Positions 17,441 to 25,813 of a stretch of 64,000 nt of DNA are shown here, one piece after another; the first letter of the stretch is position 1, and each line of letters starts with the position of its first letter. The position numbers and the translations under genes were made by a program. Below the pieces are notes generated by a model, which did no database searches, had not been told where the DNA came from, and was given only the letters and a program-made list of their open reading frames with translations. Source of the stretch: an uncultured virus (IMG/VR IMGVR_UViG_3300029787_004165) (lineage: Duplodnaviria > Heunggongvirae > Uroviricota > Caudoviricetes); the IMG/VR virus record IMGVR_UViG_3300029787_004165. The stretch is one strand, 5' to 3'.

Positions 17441-17988
17441 AAAGGAGTTCTACCGTCAGCTGCTACTATATTATACACAGTATACTTGAAAACTACCTCT
17501 GCTGTAAAGTAGTTGATATCCATATCTGTTGCTTCAAATTCTAATGAACTTAAAGATGTTGGAAACATATCATTAAATTTTACAATAGCAACATCTCTAT
17601 AATTACTATTTAATATATGAAGACTACCATCACTGAATGCTTCTTTACCATCTCTTATGTTATCACTATCTGTTGTTAAATCTTTAAATTGTTGTGTTGT
17701 TTCTGGAAATCCCAATCCAGTTAACCAATTATGAATAGACATATAGTTTTCTAACTCTTCATCAACCAAAAATCTTAATGAAAAATCACCATATTGTAAC
17801 TTATCACCAGGCACCTCAATATCTTTTAGATATGATGGTTGCACTGAAGTTCCTAAAAGAATTTCTGGTATTCTAGCAGAATTACTAAAAAAATTAACTT
17901 TTGGAGTTTTAGATATATTAAATTTAAATCCTACAGGTGATAGAAAATTTCTATTATCTATTTGATTATCTAATGGATTTCGAGCCAT
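17437..17988 (-). CDS. gp3: Tail completion / tail tube terminator (T4 gp3)
   Basis: NFLSPVGFKF, PGDKLQYGDFSLRFLVDE.LENY, FPTSLSSLEF. Confidence 0.88.
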   Translation of the reverse strand: MARNPLDNQIDNRNFLSPVGFKFNISKTPKVNFFSNSARIPEILLGTSVQPSYLKDIEVPGDKLQYGDFSLRFLVDEELENYMSIHNWLTGLGFPETTQQFKDLTTDSDNIRDGKEAFSDGSLHILNSNYRDVAIVKFNDMFPTSLSSLEFEATDMDINYFTAEVVFKYTVYNIVAADGRTPL

Positions 17989-17990
17989 TT

Positions 17991-18266
17991 CTAACCTCCA
18001 TTACCTCCACCATTACCTCCACCATTTCCACCATTTGAACCGTTACCACTGCCACCATTACCAGAACCGTTACCATTAGAATTGCCACTAGAGTTGTTTC
18101 CATTCTGGCCATTTTTATTATCCTCATCTGGTTCAAGGTATCCTCTACCACCTAAATGATATCCTCTTGGAATTTTCTTACATTTTTCATCATTAAAACA
18201 CCAATATTGTCCACTTGGACATCTTTTTGATGCTGCCTCCTCAATAAATTTATTAAAATCTTTCAT
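17991..18266 (-). CDS. Small Cys- and Gly/Asn-rich protein; candidate internal head protein
   Basis: MKDFNKFIEEA N-terminus, CP.G.YWC....KC, G/N low-complexity tail. Confidence 0.7.
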   Translation of the reverse strand: MKDFNKFIEEAASKRCPSGQYWCFNDEKCKKIPRGYHLGGRGYLEPDEDNKNGQNGNNSSGNSNGNGSGNGGSGNGSNGGNGGGNGGGNGG

Positions 18267-18421
18267 CAATCAATAATTAAATTGTACCACTGTTCACTCA
18301 TACCCATTATAATGTTATCTGCAGATTCTGCATTTTCGGCATAACCTTCATCAATAAGATGCTTTACAATCTTATTATGACGTTCAACTGCCTCTTTGTA
18401 TTGTTTAGGAGTGGGTTTCAT
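18266..18421 (-). CDS. Small hypothetical protein (51 aa)
   Basis: MKPTPKQYKEAVERHNKIVKHLIDEGYAENAESADNIIMGMSEQWYNLIID; late promoter ATAAATA at 18448-18442. Confidence 0.7.
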   Translation of the reverse strand: MKPTPKQYKEAVERHNKIVKHLIDEGYAENAESADNIIMGMSEQWYNLIID

Positions 18422-18444
18422 GGTAATACTACTTTTATTGTTAT

Positions 18445-18669
18445 TTATTCACTTACAACCGTGGCATTAGCCCACCACTTAGGTTGATAGGTAATTCCTA
18501 AACTTGTTGTTACAGTTGTATTTTTTTGAGCATTTGCATTTGCTTCATTAGAATATACTTTTCTTTTATCATATTCATTAGTCCACTGATTATCACCAAC
18601 ATAATATTCAACACCATTTGTTGGTATAGCAGAACCTAAAATACTTTCTTTTTTAATGTGCCAAGGCAT
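18445..18669 (-). CDS. Hypothetical protein (74 aa), probably virion-associated
   Basis: MPWHIKKESILG...; follows the gp23 terminator and late promoter CTAAATA at 18701-18695. Confidence 0.75.
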   Translation of the reverse strand: MPWHIKKESILGSAIPTNGVEYYVGDNQWTNEYDKRKVYSNEANANAQKNTTVTTSLGITYQPKWWANATVVSE

Positions 18670-18703
18670 AATAGAACACAGATCTCCGATAATGTATTTA
18701 GAT

Positions 18704-18734
18704 AAAAAAAGAGACCCCTGTGAAGGAGTCTCTT
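18704..18734 (-). terminator. Rho-independent terminator of the major capsid transcript
   Basis: Minus strand AAGAGACTCCT-TCAC-AGGGGTCTCTT followed by TTTTT. Confidence 0.9.
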
Positions 18735-18760
18735 GATTAAAGGAAATATATCCTTCTATC

Positions 18761-20161
18761 TTACATAAGGTTTGCAACCTTAACACGACGATAGTACTCA
18801 TTAGAGTTTCTACGTAGAACGCCAAGACCAGCAGTAGCACCTTGAGCAAATGGATTCTGAACGATTCCATAACGAGTCTTAAACCCGATTTTTGGTTGGA
18901 ATGTGTTCTCTCCAACTGCACGAACCATCTGTAGTGGAACGTATGGGCAGTAGAATAATCCAGCATCATAAGGTGATGTACCTTTGTAACCAATAGTGTA
19001 GTACTGGTTAGCTTGTGCTCCACCTGCAGCAGCATAAGGATCGATGTATACTTTATACTTACCTTGTAAAGTACCAGCAAATGTATTACCAGTATCATCA
19101 ACATTAAGGTTAGCATTAAGTGCAGGAGTGTAGTCAAGTACACCAGCCATTGTTAGTGCAGATGCAACATCAGCAGAACAAAGGATCATGTTACCCTTTC
19201 CTCTACGAGTGTTTTGTGCGATAGCATTGGCATCTCTTTCCATCTGGAAAATGAGACCTTTGAACTTCTCAACTGACCATCTACCATTAGAGTCGATGTC
19301 TAAGTCGAAAGTACCTGCAGCTGCAGTGTTTGCTTGAGCACCAGGAACAGCAACGTTATAGATTGTTCTGATAACTTCTCTGTTGATTTCAGCAAGTATC
19401 TCTGTTGAAAGGATATTTGCTAATTCTGCTTCAGCGTTCAATCCGTGGATTGCCTTAAGGTCTTGAGCAAGTTCTAAACTGTACTCTGCCTTTAGTGCTC
19501 TGGATTTCGCTGTAACGGTGACTTTCTCGATTGAGAATGCCATCTCGTTAAAGTTATCACCAGATGTACCTAGATCTTCAGCGTCGTCTGTACGCATACC
19601 CTGACCTACGTTGTAGGTAGTACCATCAGCAGTAGCAGGGAATGTACCGTCTAGAGCACCAGGATTTGAACCACTCTGTGCAGTAGTACCTAAACCAACA
19701 GCTGTTTGAGTTTGACCACTAGTAAGGTCGAAACCTTCATTCTGTCCTGAGAAAGCAGAATCTACTTCATTGTAGAATGTTTCTGTGCCACTATTTGAAG
19801 TGAAGCGTGAACGCATTGCGAAAATAAGTCCAGTAGGACCACTCATTGGTTGAACACCAGCAAGGTCATATGCGACCAAGTTTGGCATTGAACGACGAAT
19901 AAGTGAAATTAGTACAGGGTCGAAACCTTGCATTGCACCTGTTGTGGCAGCACCTAAACCTGGATTGGAACCAGATGTAGTACTGTTAGTTGGTGTTTCA
20001 GAAAGAAATTCTCTTTCCTCTCTGAGTGCTTGTTCTTGATTCTCCAGGAGTTGAGCAGTTACCAATCTACGATGGTGATCTTTGATATCACCCATACCGT
20101 CATGATCTAGGATGGGTGCCCATTTCTCCTGCAGAGCCTCTGAATTAATAGGGGCTTGCAT
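18761..20161 (-). CDS. gp23: Major capsid protein (T4 gp23)
   Basis: FDPVLISLIRR, GVQPMSGPTGLIFAMR, KSRALKAEYSLELAQDLKAIHGL, YCPYVPL, FKTRYG. Confidence 0.99.
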   Translation of the reverse strand: MQAPINSEALQEKWAPILDHDGMGDIKDHHRRLVTAQLLENQEQALREEREFLSETPTNSTTSGSNPGLGAATTGAMQGFDPVLISLIRRSMPNLVAYDLAGVQPMSGPTGLIFAMRSRFTSNSGTETFYNEVDSAFSGQNEGFDLTSGQTQTAVGLGTTAQSGSNPGALDGTFPATADGTTYNVGQGMRTDDAEDLGTSGDNFNEMAFSIEKVTVTAKSRALKAEYSLELAQDLKAIHGLNAEAELANILSTEILAEINREVIRTIYNVAVPGAQANTAAAGTFDLDIDSNGRWSVEKFKGLIFQMERDANAIAQNTRRGKGNMILCSADVASALTMAGVLDYTPALNANLNVDDTGNTFAGTLQGKYKVYIDPYAAAGGAQANQYYTIGYKGTSPYDAGLFYCPYVPLQMVRAVGENTFQPKIGFKTRYGIVQNPFAQGATAGLGVLRRNSNEYYRRVKVANLM

Positions 20162-20208
20162 TTAAAATTACCTCTTTAAAAGTTTTAGTTTGATCAATAA
20201 TTTAAAAA

Positions 20209-21321
20209 TTATTTTTTAGAGACTCTTCCCAATGTCTGTAAGTAGGTTTCCATAAGACTTGAATTTGTCTTAGGTGCCTCTGCCGTACCTTCTGAAATTG
20301 TTTCTGTCTTGTCTCTCTGAGTGCCAGGATTAGCTGGGAAATAAGATTCCCTTAATGTTCCTAGTTTCTCACGATAGGATTGTTCACTATCAAACTCAAC
20401 ATTTTCAGCAAGAGAAGCAAGTTTTTCCTTTTGGGAAAGTGCAAGACCTTCAGATATATCTGCAAGAATTACATCGGAAGTTGATTCCGCTAGTCTCTTT
20501 GTTAGAGCAACATTTTTATTAATTTGCTCGTTGAGTTTATCTTCCATTTCATCTAATTTCTCAACCATATTGTTGAGAACATCATATTTTTCTTCAGGGA
20601 TTGTTACATAATGATTTTCAAAAAGACTCTTCATTCCGACTAAGAATGATTCGGTCATTTCTGTTTTAAGTCCATGTTCTACTGCGAGTTGATTTTCTTC
20701 AATCCACTCATCAGCAACGTACTCAAGATAAGCATCAGTTCTATCAGTAATTTCTTCCTTGATAGCCTCAACCTGTTCGGTTAATGATTGCTCATACTCC
20801 TTCTCAAGTTCTTCTTTAATTTCTGAAACTTTAGACTTAATTGCAGTTTCAAAAATTGTTCTTGCCCTTTCTTGAAATTCTTCAGAAAGTTTTTCACCAG
20901 CAATAAGAGCATTGATATCTTCTTCGACATCAATCTTATCTTCGGCAGTCTCTTCTTCAGCAACTACTTCTTCTTCAGTAGTTTCTTCTTCGGCAACGAT
21001 CTCCTCTTCCGTAGTCTCCTCTTCAGAAACAACCTGATCTTCAGGTTTTTCTTCTTCCTCCTTAACACCACTAGGTGCAGGATCTGCTTTACCTGCTTTT
21101 TTGTTAACTACATCTCTAACTTGAGATAAAGTTTTTCCAGGTGTATTTAATTTAGCTGAATTATCATCAGCTTTATAATTTTGTGGAGTAGGGCCGCCTA
21201 GATCTTCAACAGCACCAGTTTGACCAGGAGTTACCCCAGTTAGACTTGGCATTGGTTCTCCAGCTGCAGCATTTTTAGTTACTACGTTTTCCATTTCTTG
21301 TAAATCGGTACCAACGGACAT
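20209..21321 (-). CDS. gp22: Prohead core scaffold protein (T4 gp22)
   Basis: Glu-rich; LSEEF...IFETA, YLEYVADEW; between gp21 and gp23. Confidence 0.95.
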   Translation of the reverse strand: MSVGTDLQEMENVVTKNAAAGEPMPSLTGVTPGQTGAVEDLGGPTPQNYKADDNSAKLNTPGKTLSQVRDVVNKKAGKADPAPSGVKEEEEKPEDQVVSEEETTEEEIVAEEETTEEEVVAEEETAEDKIDVEEDINALIAGEKLSEEFQERARTIFETAIKSKVSEIKEELEKEYEQSLTEQVEAIKEEITDRTDAYLEYVADEWIEENQLAVEHGLKTEMTESFLVGMKSLFENHYVTIPEEKYDVLNNMVEKLDEMEDKLNEQINKNVALTKRLAESTSDVILADISEGLALSQKEKLASLAENVEFDSEQSYREKLGTLRESYFPANPGTQRDKTETISEGTAEAPKTNSSLMETYLQTLGRVSKK

Positions 21322-21348
21322 TTAGATATTTTTAATTTAATCTGTATT

Positions 21349-21356
21349 TATTTATA
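21349..21356 (-). promoter_or_regulatory. T4-type late promoter TATAAATA (gp22-gp23)
   Basis: Exact TATAAATA upstream of gp22. Related (A/C)TAAATA sites at 16986, 18442, 18695, 22523, 25195, 28071, 34226 and 42408. Confidence 0.85.
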
Positions 21357-21360
21357 GAAC

Positions 21361-22011
21361 TTAAAGATTCAAGAGGAAATTATTAAATAAATCCAACTTA
21401 TGTTCTTCTAATCTATTCTGATCAACTAATGTATTAATTGTTTTTTGAGTTTTTTCAACAAGTTCTTCACGAAGTGAACCACCTTCCCAAATCCATTCTT
21501 TTCCTTCCATAATACCATTCACAAAAGCATCTGGTGCACTAGGATCTGCTACTATATCAGCAGCAGTTGCTAACTGAAAATCTTCACCAACAACCTTACA
21601 ACCATCTCGATCTTCTTTTAGTGATCCAACTCCACGAGAAGATACTCCAAGAGTGACACCTTCATTGATTAAAGATTTTGCAATCTTACCCATGGGTGTT
21701 TCAAGTAATTGTGCCTTACCAATAAAATTATTTCCCTCTTGTTTTAGTGAAGTAATTTTATGAGAAACCCTATCAAGATTTACAGTTGGGCCTTCTGGAT
21801 GACCAAGTTCTCCAAGAGCACGACCCTTACCAATAAAGGATTCAGTATACCTTCCAACTTCTCTTGCAAGAGTTGCTACTGGGTACATTCTACCATTACG
21901 ATTTTTGAGATCTCCTTGTAGAAAAACTCCTTCAATATACATTTTCTTTTTAGCACCTTTTCCTTCGGTGATAAACTTAACGCTTGAAATTTCTTCTGTA
22001 ATAAGTTTCAT
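21361..22011 (-). CDS. gp21: Prohead protease (T4 gp21)
   Basis: NRNGRMY, ALGELGHP, GVSSRGVGSL, DIVADPSAPDA. Confidence 0.97.
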   Translation of the reverse strand: MKLITEEISSVKFITEGKGAKKKMYIEGVFLQGDLKNRNGRMYPVATLAREVGRYTESFIGKGRALGELGHPEGPTVNLDRVSHKITSLKQEGNNFIGKAQLLETPMGKIAKSLINEGVTLGVSSRGVGSLKEDRDGCKVVGEDFQLATAADIVADPSAPDAFVNGIMEGKEWIWEGGSLREELVEKTQKTINTLVDQNRLEEHKLDLFNNFLLNL

Positions 22012-22015
22012 TGTT

Positions 22016-22288
22016 TTAATCGGTAAATCCTACTTTAGATCCTTTAATTGCTGCATTGCTTGAGAATACACATTGTGTATAACCTTTTTCTAAAAATTCA
22101 ACCGAAGTTGCTGGCATTGTAAATGAACCAATACCACTTCCACTAGCAGTTTCTACGACACTAATAACATGAGCACTAGAATCTGTATTAACTAGTCTAA
22201 CAACAGATGCTTCACTAAAACTAGTAGCAGTACCAGTCGTAGTTGGTAATGCTATCTCAGCTCCTAAAACTTGTGTTCTATTAGGCAT
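22016..22288 (-). CDS. Small head-operon protein (90 aa)
   Basis: Beta-rich ORF between gp20 and gp21; paralogous to the N-terminus of 22526-23497. Confidence 0.75.
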   Translation of the reverse strand: MPNRTQVLGAEIALPTTTGTATSFSEASVVRLVNTDSSAHVISVVETASGSGIGSFTMPATSVEFLEKGYTQCVFSSNAAIKGSKVGFTD

Positions 22289-22497
22289 TATTCCTCCTCT
22301 GTTGTTTCTTCCTCTGGTTCCTCAATATCAGTTTCTGGTTCTTCGTTTGAAGCACCAGCATCAAACATAGAAAGTGCTATATTTGGTTTTTGGGCATCAA
22401 TTTTTGATGCTGCTTTTGTAAATAATGTATTTTTAATACCATCACTAATTTCAGCTGCAGATGCATCATTAGCTATCAAATTAACAAGTTCTTCCAT
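22288..22497 (-). CDS. Small acidic prohead core protein (gp67-like by position)
   Basis: Acidic tail; located between portal and protease genes. Confidence 0.55.
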   Translation of the reverse strand: MEELVNLIANDASAAEISDGIKNTLFTKAASKIDAQKPNIALSMFDAGASNEEPETDIEEPEEETTEEE

Positions 22498-22525
22498 GAA
22501 AAATTAATATATTTCTATTCTTTAT

Positions 22526-23497
22526 TTATGAAAGTCCGTATCTTCCTTTATGTGCATCATAATTTGTTAGAACATTTGCGTCTGTTAATGCTGCATTATA
22601 ATATCTGAAAATTGATATTTGACCATCCCAAAAACCTGAACTAGGTGTCTGACGACCAAGAATATTTGCATTACCTGCAGCATATCCACCATTTTTAAGA
22701 CTTGACATAGTATTAGATAATTCACCGTTTAAATAAATTTTTAGTCGTATGTCACTCGAATTCCCACCATTAGCATACACTACTGCCACTATTTGATTCC
22801 ATTCTTGCCCTTGGGGAACATGTACCGTATAGCTTCGAGCATATAAAAAGGAAGTACCTTTAACTGTCCACTTGTTACCATCATATCGAACCAAATCAGT
22901 TGTATCAGCAGAAGCACCCTCAGTTGTAAAAGCAGTTTCGGTAGATGGCATGGTTGCAGCATCATTTCTACACCATAGTTCAAGTGTAAAGTCTGTTCCA
23001 CTTACAATTGGAGTACCTATCTCAACATAATCATTTGTGCCGTCAAAATCAAAGTAGTAACCTTGATCTCCTGTTCCTTCAGTGTATGTTGCACCATTTA
23101 TCGTGGCATTATTTGATCCAGCAACTAAGTCTGTCCATGTAGTTCCACTACCACCATAAGAACTATTGTTGTTAGCATCCAAATGATATGCTAAATTAGT
23201 AGTATGAATTTCTCCATCAGTATAACCACCACCCCATGATGCATACTGCATTACTGAACTATAAGCAGTCTTTGCAACTTTTATTACAGAGGATCCAGTC
23301 AGAGTATCTGTTGCATTCTTTTGAGCATATAAAACTTGACTTCCTGGAATTGTTAAACTACCAATAACAGAATCACTAGAATTTTTTGTGGTTACAATAC
23401 CAACATCAGAACTACTATTATAAATTCTTACAACGGTAGATTTACTTACGTTGGTAGTTCCGATTCCTAAATTAACTTCTTGAGATAGTATTTTCAT
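22526..23497 (-). CDS. Head-operon domain fused to a LamG/ConA-like domain
   Basis: LDANNNSSYGGSGTTWTDL...FDFDGTNDY...FTLELW...ALTDANVLTNYDAHKGRYGL. Confidence 0.8.
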   Translation of the reverse strand: MKILSQEVNLGIGTTNVSKSTVVRIYNSSSDVGIVTTKNSSDSVIGSLTIPGSQVLYAQKNATDTLTGSSVIKVAKTAYSSVMQYASWGGGYTDGEIHTTNLAYHLDANNNSSYGGSGTTWTDLVAGSNNATINGATYTEGTGDQGYYFDFDGTNDYVEIGTPIVSGTDFTLELWCRNDAATMPSTETAFTTEGASADTTDLVRYDGNKWTVKGTSFLYARSYTVHVPQGQEWNQIVAVVYANGGNSSDIRLKIYLNGELSNTMSSLKNGGYAAGNANILGRQTPSSGFWDGQISIFRYYNAALTDANVLTNYDAHKGRYGLS

Positions 23498-23499
23498 TT

Positions 23500-25164
23500 T
23501 TAGATTTCTGCTTTTTTAGTGTCCTTTCCTAACTGCCCATTAGTAATGGCACCATCTGTTTCTAATGGAACATCTCCCAGTGTATCCATTTCTCCTTCTG
23601 CTGGTAATGGTTCACCAGTTATAGGATCAATTGCATCTGGATCTGGTATAATACCATCTTTAATTTCCTGTTCGATTTGTTCATCCATTTCCACCATTTC
23701 ACTATCAGTTTGACGAAGAACATTTCTACGAACCCATTCATTAGAATAAAATTTTCCAATATATGGTTCAATGGTTGCAAGTGAGCCTAGACGCTCATTT
23801 AACATTTCAGTTTGTTTTAATTCTGCAAATTGATTATCATATAAGAAATCATATTGGATATGTTCACTAATTACTTCCCAATCTTCTGGAGTAACAATAT
23901 TCTTAAGAATTAATTGTGTCTTAAGCATATCTGTAAACATGTGTGCAAAACGTTTTCTTAAACGTCCTACAAACTTAGAAAACTTAAGTTCATCTCTTAA
24001 AATTTCTGATGAACGTCCTAAATTAAATCCACCTTCTGCAGCAATTCTTGATTCGGGAACACCAAGTGCTCTATAAAGTTTCTTTTGAAAATACTCAATA
24101 TCAGAAAGTTCCCCAAGGTTTTGTCCACCAGGTAATGTTGTAATTTCAGTTCCTCTTCCACCTTCTCTTCTTGGTAACCAAAAATCTTCCATCATAGACA
24201 TGAACTTTCTGTCATCTCTAACTTCACCAGTATTAGCATCGTATACTAGTTTATTTCTATAACGACTCATTACCTCTCTAAGGTACTGCTCTGCCTTTAC
24301 TTTTGGTAGATTACCAACATCAATATAAAATATTCTTCTTTCTGGTGCTCTTGATAATCTGTAAATAACAAGACTATCCTCAATCATACGAAGTTGATTA
24401 AGTGCCTTAATTGCTTTATGAAGATATGAAAGAACTGTTCCTTTATTTCTATCTACAAGACCAGAGGTTACATAAGTGATAGAATCTTTTGCAATTTTAA
24501 CACCTTTATTTCCACCACTACCAGTTATCATTCCTGATGGATAACTTGGTTTTTGTGTGTAAATAAAATATTCTTCTATTTCTGGTTCTACATACTTCGC
24601 AGCACTATCAGAACCTCTGTTCATATCTAAGACTTGTTGAGATTTAGATTTCTTCTTTTCTTGACGAACATATTTCATTTTCATAGGATCAATATATCTT
24701 AGATCCTTAATCCCCTCTTGGGGTTTTTTCATATCAATTACTTTTAGATAATATATCCTACCATCAACATACCAATTTCTCAGTATCTCATGAGATTTTT
24801 TATCAAAATCTAATATTTCTTTTATATTTTTAAACTCTTCTCTAATTACTTTTTTTAATTTATCACTAGCATTTAGATTTGATAATTCAATTTCTATTGG
24901 AGAATCATACAGATCACTAACAATTGCTTCATTAATAACATCTTCAATGGCACCATCACACTCTGGATGTAATGCCATCTCACGATATCGTTTTATTAAA
25001 TCAAATTCGGTTCTATAAACACCTTCTATATCAACATAGGAACCATAAAATCCACTACTAATATAATTATCAACCCCGTCCTCATTATTTTGAGGAACTG
25101 GAGATATCACAGAAGGGGATTTTTTTTCCTTGTCACCAATTGAAAATCCAAAAAGTCTTGCCAT
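23500..25164 (-). CDS. gp20: Portal vertex protein (T4 gp20)
   Basis: WYVDGR, YRLSRAPERRIFYIDVGNLPK, EDFWLPRREGGRGTEITTLPGG. Confidence 0.99.
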   Translation of the reverse strand: MARLFGFSIGDKEKKSPSVISPVPQNNEDGVDNYISSGFYGSYVDIEGVYRTEFDLIKRYREMALHPECDGAIEDVINEAIVSDLYDSPIEIELSNLNASDKLKKVIREEFKNIKEILDFDKKSHEILRNWYVDGRIYYLKVIDMKKPQEGIKDLRYIDPMKMKYVRQEKKKSKSQQVLDMNRGSDSAAKYVEPEIEEYFIYTQKPSYPSGMITGSGGNKGVKIAKDSITYVTSGLVDRNKGTVLSYLHKAIKALNQLRMIEDSLVIYRLSRAPERRIFYIDVGNLPKVKAEQYLREVMSRYRNKLVYDANTGEVRDDRKFMSMMEDFWLPRREGGRGTEITTLPGGQNLGELSDIEYFQKKLYRALGVPESRIAAEGGFNLGRSSEILRDELKFSKFVGRLRKRFAHMFTDMLKTQLILKNIVTPEDWEVISEHIQYDFLYDNQFAELKQTEMLNERLGSLATIEPYIGKFYSNEWVRRNVLRQTDSEMVEMDEQIEQEIKDGIIPDPDAIDPITGEPLPAEGEMDTLGDVPLETDGAITNGQLGKDTKKAEI

Positions 25165-25197
25165 TGTATAATTGTTTTACTACTATTATAGCACTAT

Positions 25198-25791
25198 TTA
25201 TCGTATATTTTCACCACCAGCTGAAGAACTGGTTCCTTTAAATGCTTCCCACCAATGAACTTGCATTTCTACAGTGAATTCTTCTAAGGTATCAGTTGTT
25301 TCATAACTCATATCAATAGCAGAAATATTAGTTGGAAAAATATCCCAGAACTTATAAGATCTAAGAACACCTCCATCACGATCTAATTGATGAACTATGG
25401 CATCTTTTTGATAATCAGCAGGGTTAGTTATACCTGTGGCATCATCCAATTTGTTGATAGTGTTCATCCACTTTTCAAAAGCTGAACGAATTATGAAATC
25501 AGTATCATTAATTACTGTAATAGTCCATGTTTCAAATGTTCTATCTCCAGCAATTTTTAATATCCTACCTCTAAATGGAATTTCAATAGGAGCAATCGAT
25601 GATGCTGGAAGTGCTGCTGCTTTAACTAAAATTCTAGCTTTTGCCAAAACTTCACTGTCTACTGCAACCGCATCTGGAAATGCTAACTCTACTTCAAATA
25701 GGTTAGGTCTAGCACCACCACCGATTAATCTACTCTTAAAATCACTAATTTTTCTTAGTGGAATACTGTTCTGTTGAACTCTACTTGGCAT
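25198..25791 (-). CDS. gp19: Tail tube protein (T4 gp19)
   Basis: GGARPNLFEV, FRGR..KIAGDRTFETW, FPTNISAI. Confidence 0.96.
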   Translation of the reverse strand: MPSRVQQNSIPLRKISDFKSRLIGGGARPNLFEVELAFPDAVAVDSEVLAKARILVKAAALPASSIAPIEIPFRGRILKIAGDRTFETWTITVINDTDFIIRSAFEKWMNTINKLDDATGITNPADYQKDAIVHQLDRDGGVLRSYKFWDIFPTNISAIDMSYETTDTLEEFTVEMQVHWWEAFKGTSSSAGGENIR

Positions 25792-25813
25792 TGTCTTTAA
25801 ACCTCTTAATTAC

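Noticed and set aside
18670..19143. 232-aa ORF 18445-19143 overlapping gp23
   Set aside because: The upstream part is an alternate frame of gp23 and crosses the terminator; the real gene starts at ATG 18669 after a late promoter
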